Positions 9,005 through 16,132 of a stretch of DNA of 21,599 bases are shown here, piece by piece. The number at the start of each line of letters is the position of its first letter. Within the stretch, counting starts at the first letter, position 1. The notes beneath the pieces are model-generated. The model made no database searches and was not told where the DNA came from. It saw nothing but the letters and a program-made list of their open reading frames with translations. This DNA comes from PVC group bacterium. Its GTDB lineage: Bacteria; Auribacterota; Erginobacteria; Erginobacterales; Erginobacteraceae. The stretch lies in NCBI GenBank assembly GCA_043804695.1, contig JAZDIV010000121.1, positions 1-21,599 on the forward strand, read 5' to 3'. Position numbers and translations under genes: made by a program.

Positions 9005-9517
9005 ATGAAGAAGATCGTCTTAACCGGGATTGCCGGGCTGATGCTCGTCGGCGGCTTTTCTTCGGCCGGTGATTTTAAACCCGGCTCCGAACCGGACGGC
9101 TTCCGGGGGATCTCCTGGGGGACGGAGATCGGCGAGTTGACCGGCCTGAACCTGCTCCGGCGGGAGCCCGATCATGGGGGGGTGGATGTGTATGCGCGGA
9201 CGGGAGAGACGATGGTGGTGGGGTCGGCGCCGGCGGCGGCCGTCGAGTATTTTTTCTGGCGCGGCCTCTTTTACCGGGGCGCTGTCTTAACGGCGGGCGC
9301 GGAAGATTACCAGCAGCTTCAGCAGGCCGTTTTCGCGGAATACGGGGTCGGGGAGATCGATCCCGCTCCGGTGCCCGGGGCGACCTCGTTTTCCTGGGAA
9401 GGAGACATCACTTCCATGAGGCTTCAGTATCAGGAAGCCTCCCGGAGCGGGTCTCTTGTCCTCGCCTCCCAGAAGATCTGGCTCCGGATGCAGCAGGATG
9501 GATCAGATACGCCCTGA
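9005..9517 (+). CDS. Exported hypothetical protein
   Basis: RBS AGGAGG and signal peptide MKKIVLTGIAGLMLVGGFSSA. Overlaps the start of the mlaE-like gene. Confidence 0.75.
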   Translation: MKKIVLTGIAGLMLVGGFSSAGDFKPGSEPDGFRGISWGTEIGELTGLNLLRREPDHGGVDVYARTGETMVVGSAPAAAVEYFFWRGLFYRGAVLTAGAEDYQQLQQAVFAEYGVGEIDPAPVPGATSFSWEGDITSMRLQYQEASRSGSLVLASQKIWLRMQQDGSDTP

Positions 9518-10610
9518 TAATTCAGGCAGCGGGCCGGTGACCGTCCATCTCGCGGACACTCTCTCCGATGGCCGGGGAGAACAGCTGCTCGACGACATCG
9601 TCCGGATGACCGCCCGGGGAAACCGGGATATCCGGATCGACCTGAAAGGGCTCGGCCGCATTGACAGCCGGGGCTGCGCCTGGCTGATCCGGGCGGTCCG
9701 GGCCGGGCGGGAGGCCGGCGCCCGGATCTCCCTCACCGGGGCGCAGGGGGGCGTGGCCGAATTCATCGAGCTGATGCGCGGCAATTTTGATCCCCCGCCG
9801 TGGCCGGCGCGTCCCCGTCCCGGCCTGCTGGAGCGGCTGGGTGACCAGGGCCTGACGGCTGTCGGGGAAGCCCGGGAGGCCGGGGCCCTGATCGTCGACG
9901 CCGTCTACTGGTCTTTCATCGCCCCGGCGGAGGGGCGGGGCATCAGGTGGAAGGGGCTTTTTACCGAGATCCAGGAGATGGGTTCGAGCGCGATCGGGAT
10001 CGTCTGCCTGATCAACTTTCTCCTCGGGCTGGTGATCGCCATGCTCTCCGCGGTCCAGCTCCGTCTTTTTAACATGCAGATTCTGGTCGCCAGCGGGGTG
10101 GTGATCGGCTTCGCCCGGGAGCTGGCGGCGGTGATGACCGGGATCGTGGTCTCGGCCCGGACGGGAGCCGCCATCACCGCCCAGATCGCGACCATGAAGA
10201 TCTCGGACGAGATCGACGCCCTCCGGGGGATGGGGTTGAACGTGACCCGGTTCCTGGTCGCCCCCAAGTTTCTGGCCATCCTGATCTCCCTTCCGATCCT
10301 GACGGCTTTCGGTTTTGTCTCCGGCGTGGCGGGAGGATTCGTCCTCGGCGTCTTCTCCCTGGGGTACACCTTCGACCGCTGGTGGTGGCAGACCCTGCAG
10401 GCCGTGAAAGTGGGCGACATCACCCAGGGTTTCGTCAAATCATTTTTCTTCGCCATGATCATCGTGATTGTGGGGTGCCACAACGGGCTCCGGGTGACCG
10501 GCGGGGCGAGCGAGGTCGGCCGGGCGACGACCAGGTCGGTCGTGATGGACATCTTCCTGATCATCGTGGCCGACATGCTCTTCGCGACGCTGTTCTATTT
10601 TACGACGTAA
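9498..10610 (+). CDS. mlaE: MlaE-family ABC permease with N-terminal STAS domain
   Basis: STAS motif 'IDLKGLGRIDSRG'. MlaE motifs 'RELAAVMTGIVVSARTGAAITAQIATMKISDEIDALRGMG' and 'VGRATTRSVV'. Start uncertain (9456 or 9498). Confidence 0.9.
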   Translation: MDQIRPDNSGSGPVTVHLADTLSDGRGEQLLDDIVRMTARGNRDIRIDLKGLGRIDSRGCAWLIRAVRAGREAGARISLTGAQGGVAEFIELMRGNFDPPPWPARPRPGLLERLGDQGLTAVGEAREAGALIVDAVYWSFIAPAEGRGIRWKGLFTEIQEMGSSAIGIVCLINFLLGLVIAMLSAVQLRLFNMQILVASGVVIGFARELAAVMTGIVVSARTGAAITAQIATMKISDEIDALRGMGLNVTRFLVAPKFLAILISLPILTAFGFVSGVAGGFVLGVFSLGYTFDRWWWQTLQAVKVGDITQGFVKSFFFAMIIVIVGCHNGLRVTGGASEVGRATTRSVVMDIFLIIVADMLFATLFYFTT

Positions 10611-10620
10611 ATAAACGATC

Positions 10621-10648
10621 GCCACCAAGGCACCAAGACACGAAGAAA
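10621..10648 (+). repeat. Orphan left arm of the 8-bp-period CACCAAGR repeat
   Basis: GCCACCAAGGCACCAAGACACGAAGAAA, nearly identical to 11654-11681. Confidence 0.8.
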
Positions 10649-10718
10649 AGAAAGAATAAAAAGGTAATTGTTGGTTTAGATCAGAACTAAAGTGTTATTA
10701 GAGGGTGAGGGGAGGGCA

Positions 10719-10760
10719 ACTTTAGGCACTTTAGATCACTTAAGGCACTTTAGGCACTTT
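10719..10760 (+). repeat. 9-bp-period tandem repeat (ACTTTAGGC)
   Basis: ACTTTAGGC ACTTTAGATC ACTTAAGGC ACTTTAGGC ACTTT, with a short inverted remnant CTAAAGTG at 10687-10694. Confidence 0.8.
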
Positions 10761-10817
10761 AACGTCCCGATTATTCCCGGGTAAGTATTAGCACCCGACC
10801 ATGAACTGGTAATTAAT

Positions 10818-11618
10818 ATGACCATGCAGCCCATTATTAAAGTACGGGACTTGATTGCCGGGTATGACAATATCGTGGTTTTGAACGATATCTCTTTCGA
10901 CGTGTACCCGGGCGAGATACTGATGGTGATCGGCGGCTCCGGCTGCGGCAAATCGACCCTCCTCCGGCAGCTGGTCGGCCTGCAAAGGCCCTTTTCCGGT
11001 TCGATCAGCTACTGGGAGAGAGACATCACCGGGATGGACGAGGATGAACTGGCTCATCTCCTTCACCGGGTGGGGCTGTCATTCCAGGAGGGCGCCCTTT
11101 TCAACTCCATGACCGTTGCCGAGAATGTGGCTCTCCCGATGGAGGAGTCCGGCGGCATGGACCGGGAGCTGATCCGGGTCCTGGTACGGATGAAGCTGAG
11201 CCTGGTGGGCCTCGGCGAATACGGGTATCTGATGCCGGAGGCGCTCTCGGGCGGGATGAAGAAGCGGGTCGGTTTCGCGCGGGCGATCGCCGTCGATCCC
11301 GAGATTGTTTTCTTCGACGAACCGTCCGCCGGCCTCGATCCGATCATCGGCGCCGGTCTCGACGAGATCATTCTCGATATCCGGCGGCTCATGAATCTGA
11401 CCATGGTCGTGGTTACCCATGAACTGGAATCCATAAAAACCGTGGCCGACCGGGTTCTGATGCTGGACGGGGGCAGGATTATCTTTATCGGGTCCCTGGA
11501 GGAGGCTGAAACTACCGATCAGCCCCGGGTCAGGCAGTTTTTTGACCGGAAACCGGATGCTTCTATCGGGGAACTCAATAACCGCAGCTTGTTAACCCCC
11601 GTGTTGCGAGCGCAGTGA
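10818..11618 (+). CDS. mlaF: MlaF-like ABC transporter ATP-binding protein
   Basis: Walker A GGSGCGKS, 'FQEGALFNSMTVAENVA', signature LSGGM, Walker B 'VFFDEPSAGLDP', H-loop 'VVTHEL'. Confidence 0.92.
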   Translation: MTMQPIIKVRDLIAGYDNIVVLNDISFDVYPGEILMVIGGSGCGKSTLLRQLVGLQRPFSGSISYWERDITGMDEDELAHLLHRVGLSFQEGALFNSMTVAENVALPMEESGGMDRELIRVLVRMKLSLVGLGEYGYLMPEALSGGMKKRVGFARAIAVDPEIVFFDEPSAGLDPIIGAGLDEIILDIRRLMNLTMVVVTHELESIKTVADRVLMLDGGRIIFIGSLEEAETTDQPRVRQFFDRKPDASIGELNNRSLLTPVLRAQ

Positions 11619-11653
11619 GCTAACCTGCTGCTTCGGAATTTCAATAATTATTA

Positions 11654-11741
11654 GCCACCAAGACACCAAGGCACCAAGAAAGAGGGAAGGTAAAATATCC
11701 ACCTTATGTGGTTTTTCTTGGTGTCGTAGTGTCTTAGTGGC
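11654..11741. repeat. Gene-less inverted-repeat element with 8-bp-period arms
   Basis: Arms 11654-11681 and 11714-11741 match at 24/28 positions as reverse complements, around a 32-nt spacer. Confidence 0.85.
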
Positions 11742-11788
11742 AAAAGTTGCGAGCGCAGCGAGCTAATTTATATTAAGGGAGGAGAACA

Positions 11789-12532
11789 GTGTCAACCAAA
11801 TCCCAGAAAATAAAAGTGGGGATTTTTATGCTGGTCGGTGTGGCCCTGACCGTGGCGGTTTTTGTCGTCATCGCGCTCAAGGACCGGACACCGACCGATT
11901 CCTATTTCATCATTTTCCAGGAAAGCGTGAGCGGTTTGAAGAGTGATTCCCCCGTCCTCTATAAAGGCGTCCAGGTGGGCAAGGTTCAGGATATTCGCGT
12001 CAAGGATAACAACGAGATTGTTGTTCAGATCGGCATCGAGAGAGGCAAGGTAACATTGCGGGAAGGAACCGTGGCCAAACTTGACCTGGCCAACCTGATG
12101 GGGGGCATGGTGGTCGAGCTTTCCGGGGGAAATATCCATTCCCCCTGCCTGGTGCCGGGGGCGCATATCACGTCGCAGACCTCCGTGCTGGAAAACCTGG
12201 CCAAGGATCTCCCGCAGATTCTTGATGATATCAAGAAGATACTGGGCAATCTGAACCGGGCGCTGGGGGAGGGAAACGCGGACAGGATAGGCTCACTGCT
12301 GGTTAACGCCGACCGGACGTTCATCTCCCTCAGCGAGACCCTGGATGTTTTAACGAAACTGCTCCATACAACCAGGAGCGACCTCGCCGATAGCGGCTAC
12401 GAACTGCGGAAAACCATGCTCAGCTTCCAGAGAGCCATGATCGAAGCCGCCCAGACCATGCACTTTCTGAAGAACGACCCCTCGTCAGTTATGTGGGGAC
12501 GGTCCAAACCGGAGAATCCATATGTTAAATAG
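11789..12532 (+). CDS. mlaD: MlaD/MCE-family protein
   Basis: RBS GGAGG and GTG start. N-terminal TM, MCE motif 'FQESVSGLKSDSPVLYKGVQVGKV', helical C-terminus ending 'NDPSSVMWG'. Confidence 0.9.
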   Translation: MSTKSQKIKVGIFMLVGVALTVAVFVVIALKDRTPTDSYFIIFQESVSGLKSDSPVLYKGVQVGKVQDIRVKDNNEIVVQIGIERGKVTLREGTVAKLDLANLMGGMVVELSGGNIHSPCLVPGAHITSQTSVLENLAKDLPQILDDIKKILGNLNRALGEGNADRIGSLLVNADRTFISLSETLDVLTKLLHTTRSDLADSGYELRKTMLSFQRAMIEAAQTMHFLKNDPSSVMWGRSKPENPYVK

Positions 12533-12534
12533 GG

Positions 12535-12599
12535 ACTGGTTACTGATTACTGGTTACTGGTTACTGATTACCGATCACTGATTACCGATTACTGATTAC
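12535..12599 (+). repeat. Heptamer tandem repeat ACYGRTY x9
   Basis: ACTGGTT ACTGATT ACTGGTT ACTGGTT ACTGATT ACCGATC ACTGATT ACCGATT ACTGATT AC. Confidence 0.92.
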
Positions 12600-12625
12600 A
12601 TTTTTTAAATACAAGGGGATTAGCC

Positions 12626-13267
12626 ATGAAACGAATCTATGTAGTTCTGCTGTCAGCAGTAGCACTGACCGGAGCAGTCTCCTGCGGTTCTCACCTGCCG
12701 ACCTATTATTATTTGATCGAAACCGGTCCGGAGGTGACGAAGGCGGAGGAAGTCATTTCGCTCAAGGTCGACGTTAATCCCGTCCGCGCGCCGGATCGAT
12801 ACCTGAATCGAATCGTCTTTCGCCGGGGACCGTTCGAGGTCGGTTTCTATGAGTACAGCCAGTGGGTGGAACTTCCCGCCGCCATGGTGCGAAGAGCCCT
12901 CATTAATGCCCTCAACGAATCGGAGCTTTTCGGCCAGGTCGATCTTATCGGCAGCGATCCGGCGGCCGATCTTGATCTGAACTCCGAGATCGAAAGCTTT
13001 GATCAGGTGATAGAGGAAGATGAATGGTACGCCGCCTTTGACCTGATCCTTGAATTCAACCGCCACGATACCGGAGCGCCGGTCTGGAGCTACCGTACCG
13101 GCGCCCGGGTGAAGCAGAAAGGGGAGGGAGAACTGGCGGCGGCAATGAGTGAAGCGGTGAGCCGGGCGCTCGTCCAGGCGGTATCGGAGATGGAGCAGTC
13201 GGAAGAACTGCGGAAACTGCCTGATACATTTGCCGAGGAAAAGATAAAATCAGAAACTCGTAATTAA
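12626..13267 (+). CDS. PqiC-like / ABC-type transport auxiliary lipoprotein
   Basis: Lipobox 'AVSC', 'TYYYL' and 'IVFR...FYEYSQWVELPA'. Follows the MCE gene, as is usual for this operon type. Confidence 0.82.
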   Translation: MKRIYVVLLSAVALTGAVSCGSHLPTYYYLIETGPEVTKAEEVISLKVDVNPVRAPDRYLNRIVFRRGPFEVGFYEYSQWVELPAAMVRRALINALNESELFGQVDLIGSDPAADLDLNSEIESFDQVIEEDEWYAAFDLILEFNRHDTGAPVWSYRTGARVKQKGEGELAAAMSEAVSRALVQAVSEMEQSEELRKLPDTFAEEKIKSETRN

Positions 13268-13288
13268 TTGCTTCGGAATTTCAAAAAC

Positions 13289-13405
13289 GGTAACGGCAAG
13301 GGTAACGAAGCCCGTATCGGTGAGGGGAACGGTAACGGCTGCCTCGCTGGGCGCACGTAACCGTAACCGGCAGACGAAACGGGCCTCGTTACCGTAGCCG
13401 TAACC
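13289..13405. mobile_element. Empty (gene-less) copy of the four-helix-bundle cassette arms, MITE-like
   Basis: By hand count, left arm 13289-13337 matches 4854-4902 at 38/49 ungapped and right arm 13356-13405 matches 5385-5434 at 42/50 ungapped. The spacer is only 18 nt. Confidence 0.75.
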
Positions 13406-13445
13406 AGTTGCGAACGAAGTGAGCTAACTAAAGGGAGTGCTTAAG

Positions 13446-14681
13446 ATGAGCGGGCTCAACCTTCTCAGCCTGGCCGGAATCGTGGTTCTTCTTCTGATCG
13501 CGTTCATCTTTTCCAACAATAAAAAGAAGATCCGCTGGAAGATCGTCCTGATCGCCCTGCTTTCGGAGTTTGTCTTCGCTTTTCTCATCCTCCACACGGG
13601 CCCGGGGATGGCGTTCTTTAATTTCATCAGCAACGCCATTGTCCGGGTGCTGAGCTTTGCCTATGACGGGATCGACTTTGTCTTCGGATGGCTTTACTCG
13701 GGGGATGGGATCAAGAACTTCCAGGTCCAGCACGCGTTCATCCTGGAGGCGCTGGTCCCGATCGTCTTTACCGGATCGATTATAGCCGTTCTTTACCATT
13801 ACAAGATCATGCAGGCGGTGGTGAGGTGGATATCCATCCTCTTCACCAAGGCGCTCGGCATCAGCAGCGCCGAGTCCCTGGCCACGGTCAGCAATGTTTT
13901 TTTGGGGCAGACCCAGGCTCCGCTCGTGATTGCCCCCTATGTACAGAAACTGACCGAGTCCGAGTTCTTCGTGCTCATGGTCAGCGGCATGGCCACGGTG
14001 GCCGGGAGCCTCTTTGTCGCCTACAACGCCATGGGGGCGCAGATGAGCTACGTGCTGGCCGCCAGCATCATGGCCGCCCCCGGTGCGATCATCATGGCCA
14101 AGATCATGATCCCGGAGATCGGGACACCGGAGACGGAGGGGGACAAGCCGGTCATCGAGGACGAGCCCAAGACCCTCAACTTCCTCGACGCCATCGCCCA
14201 GGGGGCGACCGACGGCTGGAAGGTGACGGTCGGGGTGGCCGTGATGCTGCTCTCGTTCGTCTCCGTCATCTACCTCCTTAATTACTGTGTTGGCCTGGTG
14301 CCCGGACTTCATCTTTCTCTCGACAGGATCCTGAGCTGGATCTTCACGCCGATCGCTTTTATTATCGGGGTTCCCGCGAAAGATATCCCCGCCGTGGCGA
14401 CCATGCTGGGGAAGAAGACGGTATTTAACGAGTTTATCGCCTACGCCGACCTGAAGGGATATGTGGCCGCCGGGCTCTCCCCGCGCGCCTACCTGATGAC
14501 CTGCTTCGCCCTGACCGGGTTTGCCAACTTCTCCTCGATCGCCATCCAGATCGGGGGGATCGGCGAGATCGCTCCCAGCCGCCGGAAGGACGTGGCCAAA
14601 CTGGGGTTCCGGGCGGTCCTGGCGGCGGTCCTGGCCAACCTGCTCAGCGCCGCCATTGCCGGCGTGATGTTCTTCAGCTAA
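13446..14681 (+). CDS. nupC: Concentrative nucleoside transporter (CNT, NupC-like)
   Basis: 'AESLATVSNVFLGQTQAPL', 'SGMATVAGS', 'KTVFNEFIAY', 'FALTGFANFSSIAIQIGG'. ATG 13446 lies 8 nt after GGGAG. Confidence 0.92.
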   Translation: MSGLNLLSLAGIVVLLLIAFIFSNNKKKIRWKIVLIALLSEFVFAFLILHTGPGMAFFNFISNAIVRVLSFAYDGIDFVFGWLYSGDGIKNFQVQHAFILEALVPIVFTGSIIAVLYHYKIMQAVVRWISILFTKALGISSAESLATVSNVFLGQTQAPLVIAPYVQKLTESEFFVLMVSGMATVAGSLFVAYNAMGAQMSYVLAASIMAAPGAIIMAKIMIPEIGTPETEGDKPVIEDEPKTLNFLDAIAQGATDGWKVTVGVAVMLLSFVSVIYLLNYCVGLVPGLHLSLDRILSWIFTPIAFIIGVPAKDIPAVATMLGKKTVFNEFIAYADLKGYVAAGLSPRAYLMTCFALTGFANFSSIAIQIGGIGEIAPSRRKDVAKLGFRAVLAAVLANLLSAAIAGVMFFS

Positions 14682-14711
14682 ACTGCAATTCGGCTTCGCC
14701 GAATTGCAGTT
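14681..14711. repeat. Perfect 14-bp hairpin directly after nupC (possible terminator or REP-like hairpin)
   Basis: AACTGCAATTCGGC-TTC-GCCGAATTGCAGTT. The minus strand contains GCGAAGC. No good U-tract follows. Confidence 0.75.
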
Positions 14712-14712
14712 G

Positions 14713-14765
14713 GTTGAACGTTGAGCGTTGGACGTTGGATGTTCGACGTTCGACGTTCGATGTTC
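14713..14765 (+). repeat. Heptamer tandem repeat GTTSRRY x7.5
   Basis: GTTGAAC GTTGAGC GTTGGAC GTTGGAT GTTCGAC GTTCGAC GTTCGAT GTTC, followed by degenerate CATC/CATT ~7-mers to ~14821. Confidence 0.88.
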
Positions 14766-14829
14766 ATTCTTTCATCCTCCATCTCGCATCCTGTCATCTC
14801 GCAACCCATTCCCCATTCCCCAAATTCTT

Positions 14830-14867
14830 TTCACGCATTTTTCACACCCGTTTCATTCTTTTTTCAC
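14830..14867 (+). promoter_or_regulatory. cre-tag-like response-regulator boxes (TTCAC-N6 x4)
   Basis: TTCAC 14830, TTCAC 14841, TTCAT 14852 and TTCAC 14863 have an exact 11-bp period. This matches the CreB 'cre tag' TTCACnnnnnnTTCAC and lies upstream of a creD remnant. Confidence 0.75.
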
Positions 14868-14934
14868 GCGCGTCTCCTATCTTCGGGGGCATAAATCGGA
14901 GAAAAGTTTCTCCGGCCAACCCGAGGAGGTGTGT

Positions 14935-15080
14935 ATGAAGGTGTGAATCCGATCAGAAGGTTTGTCGGCGCGGTGATCAACTCGGTCAGCTTCCGGCTCG
15001 CGGTTATCTGACTGCTGGTCATGCTGCTTCTGATCCCCGCTTTCATGGTCCGTTCTCTCATCCGGGAAAGAGAGAACCGG
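14935..15080 (+). pseudogene. creD: 5' remnant of creD (inner membrane protein CreD)
   Basis: RBS GAGGAGG and ATG 14935, then an apparent 1-nt frameshift. From 14943: VNPIRRFVGAVINSVSFRLAVI*LLVMLLLIPAFMVRSLIRERENR, matching the CreD N-terminal 'LLLLIP..I..LI.ER' pattern. Internal TGA at 15009-15011. Confidence 0.75.
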
Positions 15081-15726
15081 GGAGTATGAGAAGGCCGCTG
15101 AATCGCTCAGGGCCCTAATCGAAAAATTTCCTTACGCTTCCGGGCACCGCAGCGGAGATGCCCTGATGTCTATCAGAGCCAAACGCTGGTTTTACGACCA
15201 GCTCACGGAGAAGGGCATCGACCTTTCATTCCTGGACGCTCTCATCACCCGGCAGAAGGACCCGGCGAACTTCAATCGCCTCACGGCGAGGCAGCTGTAC
15301 CTCGTCGCCCACCCGCTCAAGGACGAAAACGAAGCAGCGGGGGCGATCGAGGCCTTCAAGCGGATTGTGTGGAAGTTCCCGAACGAGAGCTTCACTCCGG
15401 ACGCGTGTCTTTCCGCCTTCGAGCTGCAAGTCAAGCAGAAGCAGTATGACGGCGCCCTGGCGTTGGCGCGCGCGATGATCGAACGCTATCCCGACGCGGA
15501 GGTAGGCAAGGGGGGACCGCTGGGAGCTATCGGCTATTTCAGCGCCGGGGTGGTTCATTTTGCGCGGCAGGAATACCGGGAGGCGGCGGACGCGTTCGAG
15601 ACGGTCGCCCGCGACTACCCCGCTGCGGCCAACATCGGGGGCGTCTCGCTGCGTTCGCTGATCGCGGAACAGTATCTGGAAACCGTTGCCCGGAAGGACA
15701 TGAAGATTCAGGGTATCCATGATTAG
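15079..15726 (+). pseudogene. 5'-truncated tetratricopeptide-repeat protein
   Basis: Repeated 'Y.xA...F..I...FP/YP' TPR units. Coding character extends upstream of ATG 15166 (GEYEKAAESLRALIEKFPYAS from 15079), and no native start or RBS is present. Confidence 0.65.
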
Positions 15727-15902
15727 GCGTCGGCAGCCAGGTGCCCCCTGGCCGCCCGGGCACTAGTCGGTGAACATGAGTGGCGCCGGAAAGAGTCCAC
15801 CCCGCGTGCCGGGGTGGAGACATGGCGGGGAACTGAAAGGGAATCCCCCCATCCCTGCCCCACGGCTAACAAATGCTTCCCGATACCACGGGCTTGACGT
15901 TG

Positions 15903-15930
15903 GGCTCCGGAGGCCAGCGCTCTATCCAAT
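15903..15930 (-). other. Internal tRNA-Arg(CCG) fragment (possible att-site scar)
   Basis: The reverse complement ATTGGATAGAGCGCTGGCCTCCGGAGCC reads as D-loop, 3' D-stem and anticodon arm with loop CT-CCG-GA. No acceptor stem or T-arm. Confidence 0.7.
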
Positions 15931-16023
15931 CGTTGTGGAACATCTACTAAAATTATTCCTCCGGCTTTAAAAAAGGAGTAAGATTGGTGTTTGGAATCAG
16001 TAAACCGTCCAAAGGAAATCGTC

Positions 16024-16053
16024 TTAACCCGATTTATTCATAAATCGGGTTAA
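16024..16053. repeat. Palindrome of CCCGAT...ATCGGG type
   Basis: TTAACCCGATTTA-TTCA-TAAATCGGGTTAA, 13-bp arms. Confidence 0.8.
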
Positions 16054-16132
16054 CCTAAATACCCTGGTGACGCCGAGCTTCAAGATCGTCAAACCGGGGA
16101 TGATCTCTGTTGTTCAACAAGGGAGTGAGAAA

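Noticed and set aside
14714..14946. Short ORFs 14714-14938 and 14728-14946
   Set aside because: They are translations of heptamer repeats and regulatory boxes.
15009..15011. In-frame TGA in creD as evidence of recoding (Gly/Trp/Sec)
   Set aside because: TGA terminates intact genes here (2839, 4840, 9517, 11618), and the fragment is also frameshifted and truncated.
15796..15818. TCCACCCCGCGTGCCGGGGTGGA resembles a type I-E CRISPR repeat
   Set aside because: Single copy with no spacers and no cas genes; it is just a hairpin.
15880..15950. Complete tRNA gene
   Set aside because: No acceptor stem, T-arm (GTTCRA) or CCA; only a 28-nt fragment matches.
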